A stretch of DNA of 51,209 nt from Syntrophobacteria bacterium (lineage in GTDB: Bacteria; Desulfobacterota; Syntrophobacteria; BM002): positions 1 to 51,209 of the forward strand of contig JBFFBS010000002.1 in assembly GCA_041560295.1 (NCBI GenBank), read 5' to 3'. Under the pieces are notes generated by a model. That model had not been told where the DNA came from. It was given only the letters and a program-made list of their open reading frames with translations, and did not search any database. Position 1 is the stretch's first letter, and each line of letters opens with the position of its first letter. The translations under genes and the position numbers were made by a program. This document shows positions 9,158 through 18,247 of the stretch, piece after piece.

Positions 9158-9493
9158 TTAGCCTACCTTTCCTATCTCATTACCTTCTTCATCAACAATC
9201 GCTAGGCGGGCATACTGTCCGATCAGTCCCAAGGCATCGAAGGGCGTTTCACAGCTACCACCGAGAACCAACCTTCGCAATTCATCGGCCTTGTCTTGCA
9301 AGCCTTTTTGTTGAAGGGCGTCAACAACTGCCCCCAAGATCTTCAGAACTGATGTTTCTTTGACCGTCACATACTTCACTTTCGGCCTGGGATCAGGGGC
9401 ACCTTCAGGGAGAGGCTTCTTTTTCACAGTTATAGTCTGCGTCAGGGTCCCAAGCGTATCCTGAGTCATTGGCCTTTCCAATTCTTCCGGCAT
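9158..9493 (-). CDS. Hypothetical protein (111 aa)
   Basis: ATG 9493 with GGAGGGTGAG upstream. The ORF-track start at 9505 is a TTG. No domain recognised. Confidence 0.5.
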   Translation of the reverse strand: MPEELERPMTQDTLGTLTQTITVKKKPLPEGAPDPRPKVKYVTVKETSVLKILGAVVDALQQKGLQDKADELRRLVLGGSCETPFDALGLIGQYARLAIVDEEGNEIGKVG

Positions 9494-9583
9494 CTCACCC
9501 TCCAATCGTCCAGTTGGTTAAGCCCCTCGACAACATCAGCCATGATACCATTGAGATAGATGGATTGCACAATATTGTAAGAG

Positions 9584-9936
9584 AATCGTTGATTAGTCAA
9601 TTGGTCAAATAGTCAAATCGTTCAACTCGTAAACGGTAAACGGAAAGCCCTTCGACAGGCTCAGGACGCTTCGCGCAGTAAACGGTAAATCAATAATCAA
9701 AGAATCCAGTAGTCAGTAGTTGAGGTACAGTGTACAAGGTGCCTTACTCTATGCTCCATGCTCTCTGCTCTATGCTTTTTTCACAACGGACCACGGACTA
9801 CGGACAACTGACAGCAAGCCCTTCGCCCTCTGTCTTCTGTCTAGTGTCTAGTTCTTAGTTGACCTGCTGCCAACCTTTCCTAAGCTTGCCGAAGGGCTGT
9901 CTTCTCCATGCCCCATGCTCTATGCCCTATGCTCTC
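9584..9936 (+). repeat. Modular repeat block, colinear with 1926-2260
   Basis: TCGTT-type units, GTAAACG, CCTTCGACAGGCTCAGG, CCAGTAG, CTATGCT x4, CAACGGACCACGGACTACGGACAACTGACAGCAAGCCCTTCGCCC, TGTCTAG x3, CCATGCC/CTATGCC x4. It abuts the stop codon at 9936. Confidence 0.9.
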
Positions 9937-10520
9937 TACTCCATCTTCCTCACAGCGTCCCTTATGGCTTCCTTGGCCAGGGAGGGATCCACAGAAAGCC
10001 AGATTACCTTGGCCCCGTTTTGAAAGAAATAGTGTGCCTGGCCCATGCCAACGGCTAAATAGACCGGCCGCTGCTCGACCATCATTTCCCGAAAATGCCA
10101 GAATTGTTGTTTCCCCTGCTTTATGCCGTGGGCCATCTTCTCGATCGCTTCGGTGGCCTCTCTTTCAGAACTGTGCTCCGAAACCCAAAGCTGCCCCCTG
10201 CCATTTTCAGCCACGTACGTACCAATATATCCCCGTAGGAAACTGATTTGCTTTCCGTGCAGGCGATCAATTTCTTTCCTTGCCTCCTCGCCGGATTGAA
10301 CCTTTTCTAACCGCATTGATCCAATGGAGTGAGGCAGTGGAATGTCAGTGGAGTTGCAGGCTATGAGCAGGGGCAGAAACAGAAGAATGAAGGAGATGTT
10401 TGTGCATAATTTGCAGAGCAATACCTTAGAGCGACGTGTCACTGAAAGTTGAAAATATGATGTAGTCCGAGGACGTTCCGCACCGACGTCCTCTTCTTCC
10501 ATGACGTGGCAAGCTAGCAT
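9936..10520 (-). CDS. Putative lipoprotein (start uncertain)
   Basis: The hydrophobic stretch FILLFLPLLIAC with a lipobox lies about 45-57 residues after the first ATG, so the true start is unclear. No domain recognised. Confidence 0.5.
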   Translation of the reverse strand: MLACHVMEEEDVGAERPRTTSYFQLSVTRRSKVLLCKLCTNISFILLFLPLLIACNSTDIPLPHSIGSMRLEKVQSGEEARKEIDRLHGKQISFLRGYIGTYVAENGRGQLWVSEHSSEREATEAIEKMAHGIKQGKQQFWHFREMMVEQRPVYLAVGMGQAHYFFQNGAKVIWLSVDPSLAKEAIRDAVRKME

Positions 10521-10529
10521 GCGCGGCCC

Positions 10530-11033
10530 TTATTTTGCCTGAGTGGCGATCTCTTTGAGTGGGACCTCTTTTGCCAAGGCGGTTAACTCATCTTCGTTCG
10601 CTATAGGTTCCCCTTCTATGACGACTAAGGTTTGCTTACCTAAAGAGATCATCAGGCCTCCGTTTCTATTCGCTTTGTTCAGTTGAAAAACAGCCTTATA
10701 TCCGGAGACGTTTATGGTCTTGATGATTTGATCCGGAGTTTCCATTTGCATTTGAGACATCGCTTGAAATGCCTGAGCCTGCGGGGCTATTACCCCGCTC
10801 ACAATCGTCAGGCTCGCTCTTTTATTGGTATTGTCGGTGTAGTTTTGTTGGAGAGATGACCAGGATTGGCCGCTCATTTCCATGTTGATACCGTCTGGGT
10901 CACCTGATTTAACCAAATTGCCCAAGGTTGCAGGGATCAAAGGTAACCAGCCTTTATAGTCGGTTGCATCGACCCGCACTGAGACTAATAACAAACAAAT
11001 AGCCATCAGGATAATTTTGTCTTTTGCTTTCAT
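10530..11033 (-). CDS. Exported hypothetical protein (167 aa)
   Basis: GGAGGTG SD. MKAKDKIILMAICLLLVSVRVDA is a signal peptide. Confidence 0.55.
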   Translation of the reverse strand: MKAKDKIILMAICLLLVSVRVDATDYKGWLPLIPATLGNLVKSGDPDGINMEMSGQSWSSLQQNYTDNTNKRASLTIVSGVIAPQAQAFQAMSQMQMETPDQIIKTINVSGYKAVFQLNKANRNGGLMISLGKQTLVVIEGEPIANEDELTALAKEVPLKEIATQAK

Positions 11034-11301
11034 TTCACACCTCCGACTTGACCAGTTCTCAGGCTAGCTCACGTGGTGTTTGGATATTGTTTTAATAGTC
11101 TGCTGGGTTTCTTTTATCTCTTGCCAGATTCGAAACCATCAAATGGAAATTCGCGGAACGATATCATGTCACCGGGGAAAGTCAATGGAAACCATGTTTA
11201 GGTGCAGGCAGGAAAGGGGTTTCGACCTTTACAGGATTCAAACGGAGACGTGCCCCTTTCATAATAGGTGAGGTGTAGTCAGGACCAAGAAGTTCATTAC
11301 A

Positions 11302-11742
11302 TCATATGGTAAGTTTCATTTCGTGCAGGTCATTATTAGAAGCTTGCGGGATTGTAGATACAGTCTTGAAACCGACTTTTTTATAAAATAATATCGCAGG
11401 CTTACATGCGTCTATAACAATTACATCTATCTCAGTAATTCTTTTATCCTTTAATATTTCCACCAATTTGTGAACGAGATTTGTGGCAATGCCTTTCCGT
11501 CTATGCTCTGGATGAACAGCAATTTTCAAAATAGTGGCCCTGACATTTCTATGACAGCAACCGGCGATTAGGTAGCCGCAGATCTCTTCCCCGTCAAAGA
11601 CAAGAAATATATCCTTTGAAATCTTTTCCAAGAAGTCGTAATCCCATGCAGTTGGAAATGAGAGCTCTTCGATCTCTATAACTTTGGCGAAATCTCCTTT
11701 TTTGGCTGTCCTGACAGTCATAGCTTGTCTTGTATTTCCCAT
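11302..11742 (-). CDS. GNAT family N-acetyltransferase (RimI-like)
   Basis: ILKIAVHPEHRRKGIATNLV is the acetyl-CoA binding motif (R/QxxGxG/A). Size and layout are typical of RimI-type GNATs. Confidence 0.75.
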   Translation of the reverse strand: MGNTRQAMTVRTAKKGDFAKVIEIEELSFPTAWDYDFLEKISKDIFLVFDGEEICGYLIAGCCHRNVRATILKIAVHPEHRRKGIATNLVHKLVEILKDKRITEIDVIVIDACKPAILFYKKVGFKTVSTIPQASNNDLHEMKLTI

Positions 11743-11766
11743 GCGGTGAGGTAGGTTGCGGGTATA

Positions 11767-12258
11767 TTATTCATCGCTGTCATCCAAGAATTTTCTTTTG
11801 ACGATTTCAAGTTCCTCAGGGGAAGTATTTTCATCCAGGTCCATGAGATCACCCTCCACTGACTGGACGAGCTTTTCCTCAAACATTTTTATCCAGAACA
11901 GAGCGCTTTCCCGGTTTGGCTCTCGCACGTGGATGCTGCTGGCCATATCCCTAGCCTCTGGAATCTCACCCGGGTCCTGGACGAAGACATCACCGCCAAA
12001 TATTTTCCTGAGGCATTGTATCATCTCCCGGCCTAACCCCCTGCGCTTCTCGCCGACGACTTCCAGATGAAAAAGGCTGATGTGCTTGAGCCCCTGCTCG
12101 TCCAGCCACACACTCAGCTCGCCCTTGTACTTACTGGGATTTTCAAAGTGGAGCACTTCCAGGGGGCCGTAACCCTTAAGGACGGTGAGGACTTCTTTAA
12201 TGCCCAGTTCTTTGTCTGCGCCTGTCCAGATAATGTCTTTCCAACATACCTCCGTCAT
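11767..12258 (-). CDS. Hypothetical protein (163 aa), possible degenerate GNAT-like motif
   Basis: AAGAGGAAAA SD. VVGEKRRGLGREMIQ resembles GNAT motif A. It lies 24 nt upstream of the GNAT gene. Confidence 0.45.
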   Translation of the reverse strand: MTEVCWKDIIWTGADKELGIKEVLTVLKGYGPLEVLHFENPSKYKGELSVWLDEQGLKHISLFHLEVVGEKRRGLGREMIQCLRKIFGGDVFVQDPGEIPEARDMASSIHVREPNRESALFWIKMFEEKLVQSVEGDLMDLDENTSPEELEIVKRKFLDDSDE

Positions 12259-12468
12259 AATCTGTTTTCCTCTTTCTCAAATAAATATATCTTTGAATTC
12301 TTACAACCTATTGAGATCATTTCTATTTTAATCAGCGAAAAGGCCAGGTTCATGATCTCGGATACTACATTGTGGCACTACCTGTCAAGCCGATATTTTA
12401 TTAATCTTGGAGAACCTGATCCGCAACGCTAGTTCAGAATTCAATGGTTTTGCCGATCTCAAAGACTA

Positions 12469-12650
12469 AGGTTTCAGGTTTCAGTGTTCAGGTTTCAGTT
12501 TTTTTGTTTTTCCTTCCTGACACCTGATCCGCCTCCGGCGGAACACCTGAAACCCTGAGATTTGTCCTTCGGACTCCCACCCTCCGGGCGGGGCCCCGGT
12601 TTGGTGCTTGGGATTTGATATTTTTCAATACTTCACCACTCCATTACTCC
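12469..12650 (+). repeat. Modular repeat block with long hairpin, inverted twin-hairpin motif and TTTGGTGCTTGG motif
   Basis: CAGGTTT/CAGTGTT units, a T-rich loop TTTTTTTGTTTTTCC, CTGACACCTG, CCGCC-TCC-GGCGG, an inverted GGGAGTCCGAAGGACAAA motif, then TTTGGTGCTTGGGATTTGATATTTTTCA and CACCACTCCATTACTCC. Confidence 0.9.
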
Positions 12651-12764
12651 AGCATACTTCCCTCTCATTTTTCATATCAGTTCGTACGCTGAGAGAAGTT
12701 TTGACTTTGACATATCAAGGCTGTAAAGTGAAGAGCCGTGACCATACAGTCTGAGGTAACAAAA

Positions 12765-13340
12765 GTGAATGCTAGAGAGACCCGGCCGGGACCAAGCCTA
12801 AAGCTGTCATTGACAATTCTCTTTGTGGTTATTGCCTCTGTGGTGGTGATCCTTCTCTTGCGGAATGGGCGAGACTCAACCATAACAACCACAAAACAGA
12901 TCCAAGTAGGGTTTCCAGCACCTAACTTTGCCTTCCCCGATCTCAATGGTCAGCAGATTAGTCTTTCTGACCACAGAGGCAAGGTGGTTCTTGTCAATAT
13001 CTGGGCCACCTGGTGTCCCCCGTGCCGGCAGGAAATGCCTTCCATGCAGAAACTGTATGAAAGATTCAGAGGTGAAAACTTCGAAATCCTCGCCGTAAGT
13101 ATTGACTCCACGGGGCCTGAAGCGGTGGCCCCTTTTATGCGAACAATGAATTTGACCTTCCCTGCCCTCCTGGATCCAAAAGGGGAAATCGGGCCTCTCT
13201 ACGGCTTAACCGGAGTTCCAGAAAGCATTATCATCGACAAAGAAGGGATTGTTGTTGAGAAAATCATTGGCCCAATAGACTGGGCCACTCCAAAAGTTTT
13301 CCAATTTTTCCAAGATCTCATTAACAAGCCAAAATCCTGA
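12765..13340 (+). CDS. TlpA/ResA-like thiol:disulfide oxidoreductase (thioredoxin fold, membrane anchored)
   Basis: WATWCPPCRQEMP active site. N-terminal TM LSLTILFVVIASVVVILLL. GTG 12765 has a GAGG SD 8 nt upstream; the ORF-track start at 12738 is also a GTG. Confidence 0.8.
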   Translation: MNARETRPGPSLKLSLTILFVVIASVVVILLLRNGRDSTITTTKQIQVGFPAPNFAFPDLNGQQISLSDHRGKVVLVNIWATWCPPCRQEMPSMQKLYERFRGENFEILAVSIDSTGPEAVAPFMRTMNLTFPALLDPKGEIGPLYGLTGVPESIIIDKEGIVVEKIIGPIDWATPKVFQFFQDLINKPKS

Positions 13341-13386
13341 CGTACAACCCCGTAGCGCCTTGCTTCATTATTATTGTTAAAATACC

Positions 13387-13764
13387 CTATTTTAAAGGAA
13401 ATGGCAGATCATCTAAGGAATAGTCAAGGCGAGTACGCCTCATGTCGATCTCGAGATGATTAATCATAACCTGCATCATTCCACGGCATACTTTCTTGTA
13501 GCTCAAACCGTCTCTATCCAGCTCTATTCCCTTCTCAGCCAGCAAGCGGTCGACGGCTCCAGTTGCCCGGCTGTAATTACAGATCGCTAGCTCCATGCGA
13601 CAGTCATGCTGTAGATGGGCCATGGCATCAACATGGTCAGCCAACCTTTCCTCATCTGTCCAACTTCTCTTTCCCAGAGCTCTATCCCTTTCATCTTCCT
13701 CCAATATTTTTGTGAGATAACTCCGCAGCAGTTCTTTGATCTGAGTGTCGGTCAGTTCTGCCAT
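13387..13764 (-). CDS. Hypothetical protein (125 aa)
   Basis: Clean ORF from ATG 13764. No domain recognised. Confidence 0.45.
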   Translation of the reverse strand: MAELTDTQIKELLRSYLTKILEEDERDRALGKRSWTDEERLADHVDAMAHLQHDCRMELAICNYSRATGAVDRLLAEKGIELDRDGLSYKKVCRGMMQVMINHLEIDMRRTRLDYSLDDLPFPLK

Positions 13765-13860
13765 GCCCTTGTCATTTCTACAACTGATTTGAAATCACAC
13801 AGTGTGACCAATTGATAGGAGGTGCTTATGAGTGACACCGGAAGGATATCATAATAATTG

Positions 13861-14172
13861 GTAAGTTAGTAAGCAGTAAGCAGTAAGCAGTAAGCAGTGA
13901 GCGGTAAGCGGTAAAAAAAGAATCCAGGAGTCAGGAGACAGGAGTTAGGAGTTAGAATTGAGGTTCCAGGTGTCAGGTTTCAGGTGTCAGTAGTAAAAGG
14001 TAAATTTTTATCTAGCATCGAGTATCCAGTATCCAGCATCGGGCTCTTAAATCCGCAATCCGAAATTCTGTCCTCCGCCCGCTGCTTTCTGCCCGCTGTC
14101 TTTTCCTATGCTCTATGCCCAGTGCTTTTTCGCTCTGCGCTCTGCGCTCTGCGTCAATCAATCCGCAATCTA
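13861..14172 (+). repeat. Composite repeat family A, copy 1
   Basis: GTAAGCA/GTGAGCG x7, A-run, AGAATCCAGGAGTCAGGAG..., TTGAGGTTCCAGGTGTCAGGTTTCAGGTGTCAGTAGTAAAAGGTAAATTTTTATCTAGCATCGAGTATCCAGTATCCAGCATCGGG, AATCCGC x2, GCTGCY, CTATGCY, GCTCTGC x3. Confidence 0.95.
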
Positions 14173-14343
14173 CAAATGGGAATCCTACCCTTCTCATAGA
14201 AAATGCTTCTGCCTTTGGTCAGTATTTGGTAAGATGATTTTACGAAAATGAACCCCTTGGATAGCCTGTACTCTCTCTAGAACAACGACACCAAAAGAAT
14301 CCACTGCTTCTTTAAAACAACGATTCCAAAAAGCCCGATTGAC

Positions 14344-14359
14344 TGGTACAGGACTAGCA
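14344..14359 (+). promoter_or_regulatory. Possible sigma54-type promoter upstream of cooS
   Basis: TGGTACAGGACTAGCA has GG and GC at the canonical -24/-12 spacing (consensus TGGCAC-N5-TTGCW), about 80 nt before the start. No enhancer-binding protein gene is nearby. Confidence 0.25.
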
Positions 14360-14440
14360 ATCAGCAGCGATGCTGCACAGTTTTGCATAGTATAAATCCA
14401 TAGCTTTGAATTCATCGTAACCTCACAAGGAGGAATGATT

Positions 14441-16354
14441 ATGGCGGGTGACAATGGCAACTCAAACAAGAGTACCGATCCGGCGGTCCAAGAGATGATC
14501 GCCAAGGCAGAGAGCTTGAATGTAGCTACTGTCTGGGATCGTTATGAGGCAATGCAGCCTCAATGCGGGTTCGGAGATACCGGCCTGTGCTGCCGGAACT
14601 GCCTGCAGGGCCCATGCCGCATTGATCCATTCGGTGAAGGCCCTGATAAAGCTATTTGCGGCGCCTCTGCGGATGTAATGGTAGCTAGAGGTCTGGATCG
14701 GGCAATTGCCGCAGGCACGGCAGCACATTCCGGCCACGCCAGGCACCTGGCCCACACACTGCTAAAAATGGCTGAGGGCAAAGCAAAGGATTATACCGTC
14801 AAGGACGGGGCCAAACTCAGGGCTGTGTCCACCAGGATGAACATCCCGGTTGAAGGCCGCTCTGATAATGAGATTGCTCTGGATCTTGCCAAGGCGGCCC
14901 TGGCGGATTTTGGTGAAAAAGACACCCCGGTTATGTGGGCGGCCACAGTGGTAACAAAAGACCGTGTCAAAGTGCTGACAGATCTGGGACTGGTGCCCAA
15001 GGGTATTGACTATGAAGTGTCGGAAATCATGCACCGCACAATTTATGGAGTAGATGCCGACGCTGTTAATCTGCTGCTGGCAGGTCTGCGCTGTGGTGTA
15101 GCGGATTTGGCCGGCTGCTATATGGGAACCGATTTAGCCGACATTCTTTTCGGCACCCCTACACCAGTGGTCACCGAGGCCAATCTGGGAACCCTAAAGG
15201 CTGATGCGGTTAATATCGCAGTTCACGGTCACAATCCAGTCCTGTCCGATTTAATGATAACGGTGGCAACTGATATGAAAGAAGCCGCTGTTGCAGCAGG
15301 TGCCTCGGGCATCAACATGGTGGGGATATGCTGCACCGGCAATGAGGTGATGATGCGCCACGGTATTCCGTCCTGTACCCACTCTGTTAGCCAGGAAATG
15401 GCTCTAATGACCGGAGCCCTCGATGCCATGGTGGTGGATTACCAGTGCATTATGCCAGCAGTTGTGAATGTAGCCGAGTGCATGGGAACCACAATTGTTA
15501 CCACCATGGATCTGTGCAAGATCACCGGTGCAACCCATGTGGAATTTTCGGAGGAGGCTGCTGCTGAAAAAGCAAAAGAAACGATCGATATCGCCATCCA
15601 AAACTTCAGCCGACGCAATAACAAACCCATAGATATTCCAGAGATAAGAACCCCGGTTGTCGCAGGGTTTTCCGTAGAAGCCATAGTTGCGGCACTGTCC
15701 AAAGTGGATGCTGAAGATCCTCTAAAGCCTGTTGTCGACAACATCAAGGCAGGCAACATCAGGGGGGTCTGTCTTTTTGCAGGTTGCAACAATGTCAAAG
15801 TGCCGCAAGATAAGAACTTCACCGTCATCGCCCGTAAGCTGCTCAAGGAGAATGTCCTTACCGTTGCTACCGGCTGCGGTGCCGGCGCCCTCATGCGCCA
15901 CGGATTTATGGATCCGGCCAATGTGGATGAGCTCTGTGGTGATGGCTTGAAGGCAGTGCTGACTGCCATCGGTGAAGCAAATGATTTGGGAGGGCCTCTG
16001 CCGCCTATATTGCACCTTGGCTCCTGCGTTGACAACTCGCGGGCAGTGGCCTTGGCAGTGGCAGTAGCCGATTATCTGGGGGTGGACACGGACAAGCTTC
16101 CGGTGGTGGCATCTGCGGCTGAGGCCGTATCCGAAAAAGCAGTCTCAATCGGAGCCTATGCAGTAGCTGCCGGTTTGCCAACGCACGTGGGCGTTATGCT
16201 TCCAGTGCTGGGGAGTCCTCTGGTGACCGAGATTCTGACGGACAAGGTAAAAGATCTGACCGGCGGCTATTTCATTGTGGATCTGGACCCGGAATCTGCA
16301 GCGGATCAACTTTTGAGCGCTATTGATGAGCGTCGGGCCGGCTTAGGGTTGTAA
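14441..16354 (+). CDS. cooS: Anaerobic carbon-monoxide dehydrogenase catalytic subunit
   Basis: N-terminal Cys cluster CGFGDTGLCCRNCLQGPCRI. HGHNP, CCTGNE, DYQC, TGCGAG and GSCVDN are C-cluster ligand contexts. AGGAGG lies 7 nt before ATG 14441. Confidence 0.92.
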   Translation: MAGDNGNSNKSTDPAVQEMIAKAESLNVATVWDRYEAMQPQCGFGDTGLCCRNCLQGPCRIDPFGEGPDKAICGASADVMVARGLDRAIAAGTAAHSGHARHLAHTLLKMAEGKAKDYTVKDGAKLRAVSTRMNIPVEGRSDNEIALDLAKAALADFGEKDTPVMWAATVVTKDRVKVLTDLGLVPKGIDYEVSEIMHRTIYGVDADAVNLLLAGLRCGVADLAGCYMGTDLADILFGTPTPVVTEANLGTLKADAVNIAVHGHNPVLSDLMITVATDMKEAAVAAGASGINMVGICCTGNEVMMRHGIPSCTHSVSQEMALMTGALDAMVVDYQCIMPAVVNVAECMGTTIVTTMDLCKITGATHVEFSEEAAAEKAKETIDIAIQNFSRRNNKPIDIPEIRTPVVAGFSVEAIVAALSKVDAEDPLKPVVDNIKAGNIRGVCLFAGCNNVKVPQDKNFTVIARKLLKENVLTVATGCGAGALMRHGFMDPANVDELCGDGLKAVLTAIGEANDLGGPLPPILHLGSCVDNSRAVALAVAVADYLGVDTDKLPVVASAAEAVSEKAVSIGAYAVAAGLPTHVGVMLPVLGSPLVTEILTDKVKDLTGGYFIVDLDPESAADQLLSAIDERRAGLGL

Positions 16355-16380
16355 CAGATCGCCAGAGAGACTGTCAACGG

Positions 16381-16412
16381 AGTCTTTTGCCTAAACGAAA
16401 AGACTTTCTTTA
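16381..16412 (+). other. Intercistronic hairpin between cooS and cooF
   Basis: AGTCTTTT-N9-AAAAGACT followed by TTCTTT. Possible partial terminator or mRNA-processing site. Confidence 0.35.
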
Positions 16413-16433
16413 GATAGAGAAAAGGAGATGGTC

Positions 16434-16940
16434 ATGGCTCAGCCAAAGGAAATATTTGTTAGGCTGGATCGATGTTTGGGATGTCACAGCTGCGAACTGG
16501 CCTGCGCGGTGGAGCACTCTCAAAGCAAATCACTATATAGTGCCATTTCAGAAAAGCCTACCCCCCAAAGCCGTGTATACGTGGAATGGGTAGCTCCCGA
16601 CAATCGGCTGCCGGTATTGTGCCGTCATTGCGAAGACGCCCCCTGTATGCATGCCTGTATCTGCGGTGCCATCAGCCGCACCGAAGAGGGGGTGGTTTTG
16701 ACGAACACAAATAAGTGCATCGGCTGCTGGACCTGTGTCATGGTGTGTCCCTATGGTGTTATCGGACGCCATCTGGAGGAGCATAAAGCCTATCGCTGTG
16801 ATCGCTGTCCGGACCTGGAAATGCCTGCCTGTGTCAGCTCTTGTCCCACCAAGGCGCTGGTCTACCGGACCGTGGATGATTTTTCGAAAGACGTTCGCAA
16901 GGTCGCATCCAGGGAAATGTTGTCCGGAGAGGGGGGATAA
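16434..16940 (+). CDS. cooF: CooF-type 4Fe-4S iron-sulfur protein
   Basis: CLGCHSCELAC, CRHCEDAPC, CIGCWTCVMVCP and CDRCP...CVSSCP ferredoxin motifs. GGAG lies 6 nt before ATG 16434 (alternative start 16428). Confidence 0.85.
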   Translation: MAQPKEIFVRLDRCLGCHSCELACAVEHSQSKSLYSAISEKPTPQSRVYVEWVAPDNRLPVLCRHCEDAPCMHACICGAISRTEEGVVLTNTNKCIGCWTCVMVCPYGVIGRHLEEHKAYRCDRCPDLEMPACVSSCPTKALVYRTVDDFSKDVRKVASREMLSGEGG

Positions 16941-16941
16941 A

Positions 16942-18195
16942 GTGGCAAATAATGAGAGCTGCTACGTTATCATTGGAGCCAGCGCCGCTGGTATGGCCGC
17001 TGCCGAGGCGATTCGCCAATCAGATTCGACAGGCGTCATTACAGTGCTTTCGGAGGAACCGGTGCAGCCGTACTTTCGGCCCATGATTCCCTTTCTGATC
17101 AGCGGTAAAAAGAGTGCTGCCGACATGACGCTCATCGGACAAGGGCCTTATTCGGGCAGCGGCATCGATGTAAAACTTAATTCCAGAGCAGAGGGGATTG
17201 ACACCAAGAATCAAACCGTCATGATCCAGGGCGGTGATCTGGTATCTTATGACAGGTTGCTCATCGCCACGGGAAGCAGACCCTATATTCCCCCTGAAAT
17301 CGAAGGTACCGAAGCTGAGGGCGTCTTTGCCCTGCGAACCCTGATGGATGCCTCGGCTGCGGCAGACCGGGCTTCCGAGGCTGATCACGTCGTCATGTTG
17401 GGCGGTGGTTTGTTGAACCTAAAAGCCGCTTTTGCCCTGCTGGAAAGAGGTCTTGATGTGACCCTGGTCGTCTATTCACCGGAAGTTCTCTCCCAGCTGA
17501 TGGAACCGGATGATGCTGTTCTCATCCGGGACGCACTCAACAATGCCGGCCTCAAGATATTGACCGGCTGCAGTGCCACTCACATTCTCTCCCGGAAGGG
17601 AGGGGTGAATGGCGTCTTGCTGGATAACGGCCAGGAGATGTCTTGTCAAATGGTTTGCATCGGCAAGGGGGTTTTCCCGAATGTGAATTTTTTGCAGCAA
17701 AGCGATGTCCAGGTGGACCAGGGGGTTGTGGTTGATCGGTTCACAGCCTGCAACGCAGCCAATGTATTTGCTGCCGGCGATGTGGCGGTAACCTTTGATC
17801 CCATAACGGGTGACAGGATCGTTACCGGCCTCTGGACCAATGCTGTTGAAATGGGACGCTGTGCTGGCTACAACATGGCCGGGCGAACCACAGAATACAC
17901 CGGTACCTTCGGCATATTAAACGCCACCCAGGTAGCGGACGAGCCGTTCGTTTCCATGGGCATCGTTCATACTTCTGGAACCGATTACGAAACACATGTT
18001 TTCTCCACGCAGCATACCTATCGCAAGTTGGTCTTCAGCGAGGATGGAGAAAGACTGGTCGGGGCCGTTTTTATTGGGGACATTTCTCATGCCGGCCTCT
18101 ATCGTTATGTGATTCGCGAAAAGATGAATGTCGCCAAAATAAAGCCTTTCATCATCAAACAGACCCTTCATTACGGTCATTTGATGCTGCCGTAG
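16942..18195 (+). CDS. FAD-dependent pyridine nucleotide-disulfide oxidoreductase (CODH-associated NAD(P)H oxidoreductase type)
   Basis: GTG 16942, 2 nt after the cooF stop. VIIGASAAGMAAAE and MLGGGLLNLKAA dinucleotide folds; AAGDVA motif. The longer ORF from 16735 overlaps cooF out of frame. Confidence 0.85.
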   Translation: MANNESCYVIIGASAAGMAAAEAIRQSDSTGVITVLSEEPVQPYFRPMIPFLISGKKSAADMTLIGQGPYSGSGIDVKLNSRAEGIDTKNQTVMIQGGDLVSYDRLLIATGSRPYIPPEIEGTEAEGVFALRTLMDASAAADRASEADHVVMLGGGLLNLKAAFALLERGLDVTLVVYSPEVLSQLMEPDDAVLIRDALNNAGLKILTGCSATHILSRKGGVNGVLLDNGQEMSCQMVCIGKGVFPNVNFLQQSDVQVDQGVVVDRFTACNAANVFAAGDVAVTFDPITGDRIVTGLWTNAVEMGRCAGYNMAGRTTEYTGTFGILNATQVADEPFVSMGIVHTSGTDYETHVFSTQHTYRKLVFSEDGERLVGAVFIGDISHAGLYRYVIREKMNVAKIKPFIIKQTLHYGHLMLP

Positions 18196-18247
18196 ATCGG
18201 AGTGAGCGAAACGAATACCACCTTTCTCACAACAACATGAGTTTTCT

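Noticed and set aside
13861-14172. CRISPR array interpretation of the tandem repeats (here and in all other repeat blocks)
   Set aside because: The units are 7-9 bp, not 24-48 bp, and are directly adjacent with no unique spacers. No cas genes are in the window. The ATTGAAGC-like string at 21056-21063 is isolated.
13984-14199. ORFs 13984..14199 and 30916..31326 with near-identical N-termini (MSVVKGKF/YLSSIEYPVSSI...)
   Set aside because: Their similarity comes from translating composite repeat family A. They have no SD, and the second one overlaps the better-supported NfeD gene out of frame.
15439-16035. Multiple 60-200-aa ORFs inside and antisense to cooS, the oxidoreductase gene, lepA, the helicase gene and the protease gene
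   Set aside because: They are nested in strongly supported genes, have no motifs, and show the usual antisense-frame composition.
16735-16941. Upstream extension of the oxidoreductase ORF to 16735
   Set aside because: It overlaps cooF in another frame for 200 nt. The Rossmann fold starts right after GTG 16942, which sits 1 nt past the cooF stop.
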